A stretch of 32,000 nt of DNA from Caldivirga maquilingensis IC-167 (GTDB lineage Archaea; Thermoproteota; Thermoprotei; Thermoproteales; Thermocladiaceae), in the NCBI RefSeq assembly GCF_000018305.1, contig NC_009954.1:1110001-1142000 (forward strand), read 5' to 3'. A program made the position numbers and the translations under genes. The notes beneath the pieces were generated by a model. That model did no database searches and was not told the origin of the DNA. It saw nothing but the letters and a program-made list of their open reading frames with translations. Of the stretch, positions 1-7,029 are shown piece after piece. The number at the start of each line of letters is the position of its first letter. Positions within the stretch are counted from its first letter, which is position 1.

Positions 1-221
1 AACACCCTATACATGTTATTGTGCACCATAGACAAGACCCCCTTCTCATTGGGATTTATCCTACTTTCAAATAACCATTTAAGAACAAGCCTCTTCGCAT
101 TCATGTACCTTTCAACAAGGAGAGGGAGCCCGAGACCCGATGGGCGAATCTTCACACTAAGTGTCGCGATTCCCCCATCGATGGAACGCACCTCACGGTG
201 CGTTCGGTCTCGAGTCTCCAT
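1..221 (-). CDS. Partial ORF (5' end only, runs off the left edge); hypothetical protein
   Basis: ATG at 221-219 on the minus strand is followed by 73 open codons to the window edge (METRDRTHREVRSIDGGIATLSVKIRPSGLGLPLLVERYMNAKRLVLKWLFESRINPNEKGVLSMVHNNMYRV...). A TATA-like tttttaa (minus strand, + coordinates 244-250) sits 23-29 nt upstream, which fits a leaderless archaeal transcript. The ORF is missing from the supplied track because it has no stop inside the window. It competes with + ORF 13..261 and with an RNA-structure reading of the same bases. Confidence 0.35.
   Translation of the reverse strand, partial: METRDRTHREVRSIDGGIATLSVKIRPSGLGLPLLVERYMNAKRLVLKWLFESRINPNEKGVLSMVHNNMYRV
125..219 (-). 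ncRNA. Candidate structured RNA element: three-way junction with nested helices
   Basis: The pairings are visible by eye. P1 pairs cgagacc 131-137 with ggtctcg 206-212, extended by ggag 125-128 with ctcc 216-219. P2 pairs cgatggg 138-144 with cccatcg 174-180, then gaatc 146-150 with gattc 168-172, then acac 154-157 with gtgt 161-164. P3 is a perfect 9-bp hairpin, gaacgcacc 184-192 with ggtgcgttc 197-205. Its loop reads GUGA (a GNRA tetraloop) on the minus strand. About 36 bp are paired within 95 nt. I do not recognise the family. Confidence 0.3.
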
Positions 222-317
222 AAAGATCTTTACCGCTGCTGGGTTAAAAAGATTGCATTAAACCCACCTTAAAAACAAGACCCTCCACCCACGGTGTTAT
301 AACCATAACCAGTACTC

Positions 318-435
318 AGAGCCGATACTAGGTGTAATCGTATGGATGACGTAAGGTTCTCCTCACTTTATCCCCAGGCTATAATCATTTACAAGTAGAC
401 ATGTTTGCTACTGAATAATCCCTCTTCCTCATGCG
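318..435. repeat. Left copy of a perfect 118-bp direct repeat flanking the MTase/BrxL-like cassette
   Basis: agagccgatactaggtgtaatcg...ccctcttcctcatgcg is identical base for base to 6030-6147. The flanks diverge immediately outside (g436 vs a6148; c317 vs t6029). Stop codons occur in all six frames. It has no tRNA-like features. Confidence 0.95.
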
Positions 436-504
436 GTAGTATCAAGATAACAGTATCCTTTAGGGTGCTGGCGCCAGGGTCTCGATATAATCAGGGTTAA
501 CGAC

Positions 505-609
505 ATGACTAAGTACCCTTACTATGGCTATGAAGGTGATTTCAAGCTTAAAGGATGTAGAGCTCAGATTCTATGCTGTGAAATTTCTGGAGTATCCGAG
601 ATGCTGTGA
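505..609 (+). pseudogene. Decayed, truncated paralog of the small zinc-ribbon gene at 6457..6657
   Basis: It translates as MTKYPYYGYEGDFKLKGCRAQILCCEISGVSEML*, against MVKCPYCGYEGNFRLIKQW...ECPKCHGV in the intact copy. Hand alignment gives 38/51 nt identical over the first 17 codons. Both N-terminal Cys ligands are replaced by Tyr (TGT>TAC, TGT>TAT). There is an internal deletion and an early stop. Confidence 0.6.
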
Positions 610-686
610 AGTCATTAAATTATTACCAGAAGGATAAGGGTTAAGTTTATATTAAATTTCCTTAAAATTAAAATAGTGTCTCAGAT

Positions 687-3600
687 ATGGCTGCTCAACC
701 TCAAATAAGCATTGATGATGTTTTAAACTGTTTTCTACAAGGCATTAGGGAGGCTAATAATGAGGAAGAGTTGAGGATCAGGATATCCAGGTGCATAGAG
801 GATATGATCCTCGAGCCACTCGGCATAACACAGTACGGTGGTCGCTATGAGTACACCCTAGTCTCTGGGGCTAGGGTGGATGCCCTCTACGGACACGTAA
901 TCATAGAATATAAAGCCCCAGGCAGACTCTCAACAAACACCGACATAACCAAGGCCAAGGACCAAGTCATAAACTACATTAAAACCGAGGCCGCCTCAAA
1001 AGCTGAGTGGGATAGGTATCTGGGTATTATAATCAGTGATAGAATAGCCTTCGTGAGGTACTACAAACCGCAGGATACCTGGATCCTAAGGGGCCCGTAT
1101 AACATTACCAGGGAGAGCATTATAAAGATTATTGAGGCCCTGAGGGGGCTAAGGAGGAAGGCGCTCAGTGTGGATAACCTCTTGAGGGACTTCGGCTCCC
1201 AGTCGGAACTTGCTGGGAGAGTTATTAGGGCGTTGTACAGGAGGCTCATTGAGACTGGGAACCCGAGGACTAGGGTGTTGTTTGAGGATTGGATGAGGCT
1301 CTTCAGACAAGCAACAGGTTATAGGCCTGAGGAGCTTGAGGAATTACCCACGTTGGCTCAGGAGTACGGGTTAGCCGATAATGTGAACTTCGATGCATTA
1401 ATATTCGCAATACAAACATACTACGCCTTCATACTAAAGCTCCTCGCCGCGGAGGTTGTTTACCTATACGGCGGTGGTAGGTTTTACATATCCTACATAG
1501 CCGATCTCGATGACGCATACACAAGGGGCAGTGTCAACGCCCTAAGGGATGAGCTTAGGGAGTTGGAAAGCGGTGGCATTTTTAGGCACTTCGGCTATGA
1601 GAATTTCCTAGAGGGTGATTACTTCTCCTGGTACCTGGAGGAGCTTGATGGGGAGCTTGCTGGGGCGCTGGCTGAGGTGATCAGGAGACTCTCGGACTAC
1701 GAGCCGGCAACGCCTCAATTAGAGCCCGAGTACGCTAGGGACCTACTCAAGAGACTTTACCAGGAATTAATGCCCCGCGACATAAGGCATAATCTTGGCG
1801 AGTACTACACGCCTGACTGGCTCGCTGACTTCCTACTCGATGAGGTGGGGCTTAGCCTAGGGAACCTCATGGAGATGGGTAAGGAGGACTCACTGAAGCC
1901 ACTGCAGCAACTGAGGGTTCTGGACCCGGCATGTGGCTCGGGCACCTTCCTAGTGAGGTACATAGCGAGGCTTAGGGCTTATGCCAGGGAGTACTTCCTG
2001 GAGGATGTACTCGTGGACTACGTACTACAGAACGTGGTTGGCTATGACCTAAACCCACTGGCGGTACTCACCGCCAGAACAAACTACCTACTCATGATTG
2101 CGGACTTGCCAAAGAAGGGAACAATAGAGATACCGATTTACATGGCTGACTCATTGATGGTTGAGAGGAGATCCACACTAATGGGTGATGTTTATGCGCT
2201 GAGGACAACGGCTGGGGAGTTCAGGATACCGGCAAACATCATCGAGAAGAACCTACTGCCGGATATACTCCACGAGGTGACTGACGCATTGAGGAACAGG
2301 TACAAGCCGGAGGAGTTCAAAGCAAGACTACAGTACAGATTCAAGGAGTTGGGAGAAAACGAGCTCAGCGTCCTGTTGGATTTCTACAGCACACTCCTAA
2401 AGCTGGAGGAGGAGGGTAAGGACGATGTGTGGGTATCCATAATAAGGAACGCCTTCGCACCAATACTGAGGGGCAAGTTCGACTACATTGTGGGTAACCC
2501 ACCATGGGTTAATTGGGAAAACCTGCCGGAGGACTTCAGGGAGTTGTCCAATGACTTGTGGCAGCACTATGGGCTGGCCGAGATTAGGGGGAAGATGGGG
2601 TTGGGTAAGGTTAAGAGGGACTTGGCGATGCTCTTCATGGCCAGGTGCTTCGACCTATACCTAAAACCCGGCGGTAAGCACGCATTCCTAATGCCATTCA
2701 CAGTATTCAAGACACAGGCTGGTTCAGGGTTCAGGAGGTTCCTAGCCACAAAAACCAGGGTGCACGTTGTACATGACATGGTAACTCTGTACCCATTCGA
2801 GGGGGCCGTGAACAGGGTCTCGGCAATAGTTGTTGAGAAACCCGAGACGGGCAACGCTACGGGGAACAAGGGTGGGGTTAGGCACATCATATGGGTTAAC
2901 AGAACAGGGAAGCCCATACCCACCGATGCGCACTTAGAGGATGTCCTCAAAGTTACGGAGAGGTTCGAGGCCATAATGGCACCCGTAGTGGAGAGGGACC
3001 CGTCAAGCCCCTGGATGCAGGTAACAAGTAAAGTACTACCCTACATTAGGAAGATAACCTCCGGGACCTCACCATACGAGGCACATGCAGGCGTTTATAC
3101 AGCTCTAAACCAGGTATACTTCATACAGATCAAGCAGAGACTCCCAGACGGTAAGCTACTAATCATCAACCCGCCGGAGCCTGGGCAGAAGAAGAGGGTT
3201 AAGCAGGTCGAGGTGACTATAGAGCCTGACCTGGTCTACCCGCTCATTAGGGGTAGGGACGTCAAGAGGTGGTACGTAGACTACAAGGAGAGGTATATCA
3301 TTCTTCCTACAGATGAGCAGGGAAATATGATTAAGCATTATGAAATGAAGATAAAGTACCCCAATACGTATAGATACTTCTATGAGTTCTTCAGGGATCT
3401 AGTGAATAGGGGTGGTGAGCCCTACAAAAGTAAGTTAGAACCTTATAGGAGGTTACCACTTGAGGTGGCGGAAAAAAGCGCACCGCCGTTTTACTGGGTG
3501 TTCAACGTAGAGCCTAGCCTAGTTCCCTACAAGGTAGTGTGGAGTAGAATTGCCGGGGGCATTAGTGGTAAGGCTGTTAGTTTTTCATGTGCTGTAGTAG

Positions 3601-4382
3601 AACCCATAGAGATAAAGGATCTAGGTAAAAAGCCTGTGATACCTGATGATGGAACTATACTAATAGATCTCAAAGATCCGAAGGAGGCCTACTATATTGC
3701 TGGCGTCCTTAATTCAATTATCGTAAGGACAACAATAGCAGCATATACATACGAGTTGAGACAGGAAACGCATATAGTCGATTTTATAAGAATTCCTCGT
3801 TATGATCCTAATAATGAATTGCATGGGAGGATTTCCGAGCTCTCCAGGAGGGCTCACGAGATTGCCAGGTGTATCCACGCCAGTGCCAAGCCCGAGTACT
3901 GTGGGTTCATTAGGGACCCCGAGGGTGGGCTCAGGAAGATTGAGGATGAGCTTGATAGGGCCGTGGCTCAGCTCTACGGCATACCCGAAGATGCCCTGGA
4001 GGAGTTCAGGAAGTTACTGGGTGTGTTGTCTGGCGAGAGCGTTCCAGAAGAGGAAGAGAGTGTTGTGGGGGTTGTTAGGCCCTCGGTGGAGTTTCTCAAG
4101 GTCAATGTTGTTGCTGGGCAGACTGATTACCTGGAGGTTAATATTGTGACTGCGGGGCTTTGTGATAAGGCCGTACTCATTCTTAAGTGGCCCTGGGGCA
4201 CGCAGACGCTGAACCTTGATGATGGTAGGCATAGGATTGAGGTTAAGGTCCCTGAGGGGGTTTATGAGGTTGCGTATAGTTTTAAGTGCTCTGGTTATGA
4301 GTATGATGGTAGTGTTAAGGTAACGGCATCCTCCAAGGTGCCGGAGGGGCCTAGGAGGTCCAGGACTCTTAGACTTGGGTGA
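687..4382 (+). CDS. Single-chain type IIG/IIL-like restriction-modification enzyme (PglX/MmeI-like): N-terminal PD-ExK nuclease motif, gamma-class N6-adenine DNA methyltransferase, TaqI-like specificity domain, extra C-terminal beta-rich domain
   Basis: The ORF is 1231 aa. A nuclease-like motif D65-X8-E74-Y-K76 (RVDALYGHVIIEYKAPG, nt 879-914) is present. The MTase motifs are EYYTPDW (motif X), LDPACGSGTFL (motif I, nt ~1920-1952) and VGNPPW (motif IV, NPPW at nt 2496-2507). AYYIAGVLNS is typical of the Eco57I/TaqI C-terminal specificity domain. An acidic linker (SGESVPEEEES) precedes a ~105-aa beta-strand-patterned tail. Confidence 0.85.
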   Translation: MAAQPQISIDDVLNCFLQGIREANNEEELRIRISRCIEDMILEPLGITQYGGRYEYTLVSGARVDALYGHVIIEYKAPGRLSTNTDITKAKDQVINYIKTEAASKAEWDRYLGIIISDRIAFVRYYKPQDTWILRGPYNITRESIIKIIEALRGLRRKALSVDNLLRDFGSQSELAGRVIRALYRRLIETGNPRTRVLFEDWMRLFRQATGYRPEELEELPTLAQEYGLADNVNFDALIFAIQTYYAFILKLLAAEVVYLYGGGRFYISYIADLDDAYTRGSVNALRDELRELESGGIFRHFGYENFLEGDYFSWYLEELDGELAGALAEVIRRLSDYEPATPQLEPEYARDLLKRLYQELMPRDIRHNLGEYYTPDWLADFLLDEVGLSLGNLMEMGKEDSLKPLQQLRVLDPACGSGTFLVRYIARLRAYAREYFLEDVLVDYVLQNVVGYDLNPLAVLTARTNYLLMIADLPKKGTIEIPIYMADSLMVERRSTLMGDVYALRTTAGEFRIPANIIEKNLLPDILHEVTDALRNRYKPEEFKARLQYRFKELGENELSVLLDFYSTLLKLEEEGKDDVWVSIIRNAFAPILRGKFDYIVGNPPWVNWENLPEDFRELSNDLWQHYGLAEIRGKMGLGKVKRDLAMLFMARCFDLYLKPGGKHAFLMPFTVFKTQAGSGFRRFLATKTRVHVVHDMVTLYPFEGAVNRVSAIVVEKPETGNATGNKGGVRHIIWVNRTGKPIPTDAHLEDVLKVTERFEAIMAPVVERDPSSPWMQVTSKVLPYIRKITSGTSPYEAHAGVYTALNQVYFIQIKQRLPDGKLLIINPPEPGQKKRVKQVEVTIEPDLVYPLIRGRDVKRWYVDYKERYIILPTDEQGNMIKHYEMKIKYPNTYRYFYEFFRDLVNRGGEPYKSKLEPYRRLPLEVAEKSAPPFYWVFNVEPSLVPYKVVWSRIAGGISGKAVSFSCAVVEPIEIKDLGKKPVIPDDGTILIDLKDPKEAYYIAGVLNSIIVRTTIAAYTYELRQETHIVDFIRIPRYDPNNELHGRISELSRRAHEIARCIHASAKPEYCGFIRDPEGGLRKIEDELDRAVAQLYGIPEDALEEFRKLLGVLSGESVPEEEESVVGVVRPSVEFLKVNVVAGQTDYLEVNIVTAGLCDKAVLILKWPWGTQTLNLDDGRHRIEVKVPEGVYEVAYSFKCSGYEYDGSVKVTASSKVPEGPRRSRTLRLG

Positions 4383-5821
4383 TGGTTATGGGTGATCTTT
4401 ATGTTAAGATTAGGAGGGCTTTTGGGGATTATGCTGTGGATAAAAGCCTACTTCATGAGACGGAGATATCTAGGTTGCCGGGTTTTGTTGCTGAGTATCT
4501 CATAACGGAGTTTGCGATGGAGTATCCCAATGATTGGCAGACGAGGCTTAGGGAGTTCATTACACAGCATTATTTTGAGACCAGTGAAAAGGAGTACCTT
4601 AAGCATAGGCTTATTGAGGAGAGGCGCATTAAGATTATAGATGAGTTAAGGGTTTGGGTGGATTTGGAGAGTGGTGAACATAGGGGTGTAATTCAATCCA
4701 TTGGTGAGAGCGACATAAGAGTCCCACCGGATATAGCCAGTAATTATCCCATGACCATGATTACAGGGATGTGGGGTCTCATTGAGCTTGAATACTCACC
4801 TGAAACCGCTAAGAGGGATATTAACGGAGAGCTTATAGAAAATCCAGTCATTGTGACTGATTTCACACCATTCCAGGCACCCACCTCGGATCCCAAGATA
4901 CTTGCTGAGGCCCGAGGTTACTTTACCTTTGAGGAGTGGCTTGATGTTCTCATAAACACCATTGGTTATAATCACAATGCTTACCCGGGTATTAGGAGGA
5001 AGCTTGTCCTCCTCTCAAGGCTCTTACCGCTGGTGGAGGAGAATTTGCACATTGTAGAGTTTGGGCCTAAGGCCACTGGTAAGACTTACGTGTTTAGGAA
5101 TGTGAGTAGGTATACGAGGATTATCGTGGGTGGTATGATAAGCCCAGCAGCCTTGTTCTACAACCTCAGGAATGGTATGCCGGGCGAGATAGCCATTAGG
5201 GATTCTGTGGTATTCGATGAGATATCCAAGGTCAGATTCCCCAACCCTGATGAGATAGTTGCTAAACTCAAGGACTTCATGGAGAGTAGTCAGTATGAGA
5301 GGGGTAAGCAGAGAGTTGCATCTGGTTCTTCTATAGTTATGCTTGGGAATGTAGAGGTTGAGGAGAGGGAGGGGGCTTACGTGCCCGTGGAGGACTTAAC
5401 ATACATACTGCCAAAGCCCATGAGGGACTCAGCCCTAATAGATAGGGTTAGAGGGCTTATACCAGGATGGGAACTCCCTAAAATAGGTATGGTTAAATAT
5501 CATTTGTCCCAAGGTTATGGGATTGCTCTAGATTACTTCTCAGAAGCATTACATACAATGAGGAAGGAGACCTTAGTAGGTGAAGTTAGTAAGCATATAG
5601 AGTTAATGGGAGAGGTGACGATTAGAGATGAGAAGGCGATTAAGAAAATGCTAAGTGCATTCATTAAACTCCTCTTCCCAAACCTAGAATTTGATAAAAG
5701 AGAGTTGGATATAGTCACTGGGCATGTAGTAGAACTAAGACAGAGAATCAGAGATTGGATGCATAAGTTGTCTCCCTCAGAATTTCAAAGAGAGGAATTA
5801 TCATATATTGTGAAAGGATAA
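4379..5821 (+). CDS. BrxL-family AAA+ ATPase (BREX BrxL-like N-terminal and ATPase domains) lacking the Lon-protease-like C-terminal domain
   Basis: The ORF is 480 aa. Its start overlaps the upstream stop (GTGATG; GTG 4379 or ATG 4382 against TGA 4380-4382), implying translational coupling. Walker A is EFGPKATGKT (nt 5063-5086) and Walker B is VVFDEI (DE at nt 5216-5221). The stretch GGMISPAALFYN...KDFMESSQYERGK...SSIVMLGN...DSALIDRVRGLIPGWELPKI...GYGIALDYFSEAL follows the BrxL ATPase (Lon_2-type) pattern as I remember it. The protein ends about 80 aa later, whereas full-length BrxL is about 680 aa. Confidence 0.75.
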   Translation: MMVMGDLYVKIRRAFGDYAVDKSLLHETEISRLPGFVAEYLITEFAMEYPNDWQTRLREFITQHYFETSEKEYLKHRLIEERRIKIIDELRVWVDLESGEHRGVIQSIGESDIRVPPDIASNYPMTMITGMWGLIELEYSPETAKRDINGELIENPVIVTDFTPFQAPTSDPKILAEARGYFTFEEWLDVLINTIGYNHNAYPGIRRKLVLLSRLLPLVEENLHIVEFGPKATGKTYVFRNVSRYTRIIVGGMISPAALFYNLRNGMPGEIAIRDSVVFDEISKVRFPNPDEIVAKLKDFMESSQYERGKQRVASGSSIVMLGNVEVEEREGAYVPVEDLTYILPKPMRDSALIDRVRGLIPGWELPKIGMVKYHLSQGYGIALDYFSEALHTMRKETLVGEVSKHIELMGEVTIRDEKAIKKMLSAFIKLLFPNLEFDKRELDIVTGHVVELRQRIRDWMHKLSPSEFQREELSYIVKG

Positions 5822-6029
5822 AAACTACATGAGAAAGGCCTCAAGGACAACCCTAATGAGGGAGTTGTAAGAATGGCTCCTATTACTTTAAACCAGGTGA
5901 GGTAGGGTGCAAGCCCGTATTCTTTAGTTCCTCAATGTTTTCTCCACTGATTTAGGTAATTGAGGAGTGGCTTAGTTATTGAATCATTATTACTTGATTC
6001 ATTTAGACTGGGGTGTCAGTCCAAGTCTT

Positions 6030-6147
6030 AGAGCCGATACTAGGTGTAATCGTATGGATGACGTAAGGTTCTCCTCACTTTATCCCCAGGCTATAATCAT
6101 TTACAAGTAGACATGTTTGCTACTGAATAATCCCTCTTCCTCATGCG
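6030..6147. repeat. Right copy of the perfect 118-bp direct repeat
   Basis: It is identical to 318-435. The repeat period is 5712 bp, and 5594 bp (436-6029) lie between the two copies. Confidence 0.95.
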
Positions 6148-6456
6148 ACCCCTTCTCCTCACATATATTGATTTTCACGGATACCTCAGTGCCCTATCTT
6201 GTAGGCTCTCTAGCTCTCTTAATCCTCATCTCCATCATCTCCTAGGCATAGTTCCACAACTATTCAACGTGCAGCTTTAGTTCCCTCAAGCTTACCCTAT
6301 TTTCATCTTAATCTCTATGATGAGCTGATGTACATTATTGATATCTGTAATAACTATGTCAGGCACCTTTTCCTAGACTATGCCACTGGACTCCTTCAGA
6401 TACTGCTTAAGTTTCTCTAAAAAGACTATAAACACGGTTTCTCTACTCAAGCAACA

Positions 6457-6657
6457 TCACCTACTCTTAGGTTTCACCCTTATTACGAATTCCGAGACTT
6501 TGTTGGATTGAGTATTTACACCATAGTAATGGTTGAATACTCCATGACATTTTGGGCACTCAAGCTCCTTAACAATGTAGAACCTGAACCTCCACTGCTT
6601 TATAAGCCTGAAATTACCTTCATAACCACAGTACGGACACTTAACCATACTTCCCAC
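6457..6657 (-). CDS. Small zinc-ribbon protein (two CxxC pairs)
   Basis: The 66-aa product contains CPYC...CPKC (MGSMVKCPYCGYEGNFRLIKQWRFRFYIVKELECPKCHGVF...). The true start may be M4 (6648), because that is where the decayed paralog at 505 aligns. Specific family unknown. Confidence 0.6.
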   Translation of the reverse strand: MGSMVKCPYCGYEGNFRLIKQWRFRFYIVKELECPKCHGVFNHYYGVNTQSNKVSEFVIRVKPKSR

Positions 6658-7029
6658 CTCTCCTCCTAATTACTGCCATAGGCATATTCTTTTATATATT
6701 TAAGCTGTATGCTAAATTTAAACCTTCCTACACCTATAGGTTAATTAAATTAACATTAATTATGCTTCTCACCATGTCTTCAAGCCTGCCTCCTTAATCT
6801 CAAGTCTCTTCTTAGGGGTTGATTTATTGAAACTGAGTAGTGATTAATCCTCCTGGTTCATATGGAGGTAAACCCTCCCTCAGTGCACCTGGATTTATTC
6901 CCCATATTCCACAACCTAAACACCCACATCACACCATCCACCATATGGTTTATTTCAGCTTTACAAAAGAGGCTTACTGGATAAAATAAACGATAGGTTC
7001 TTAAGATACTCCTGAATGTTTACTATCTT

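Noticed and set aside
13-261. + strand ORF of 82 aa at the left edge
   Set aside because: The sequence is unprotein-like (MLLCTIDKTPFSLGFILLSNNHLRTS...). It lies antisense to a more plausible minus-strand ORF that has a correctly placed TATA-like box. It also overlaps a region better explained by RNA-like secondary structure.
318-435. The 118-bp repeat considered as a tRNA-derived att site, a split SSV-type integrase att, or a C/D box sRNA (atggatga ... ctga)
   Set aside because: There is no cloverleaf or T-arm-like sequence. Stop codons in all six frames rule out an integrase reading through it. The C-like box is imperfect, about 75 nt from the only ctga, and has no C'/D' boxes at 12-nt spacing.
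1061-4232. Internal and antisense ORFs inside the MTase gene (1061..1249, 2567..2974, 2742..2933, 3802..4149, 4014..4232)
   Set aside because: All are fully nested in a 1231-aa ORF with clear catalytic motifs. Their translations are low-complexity or Pro/Ser/Gly-rich, as is typical of off-frame readings.
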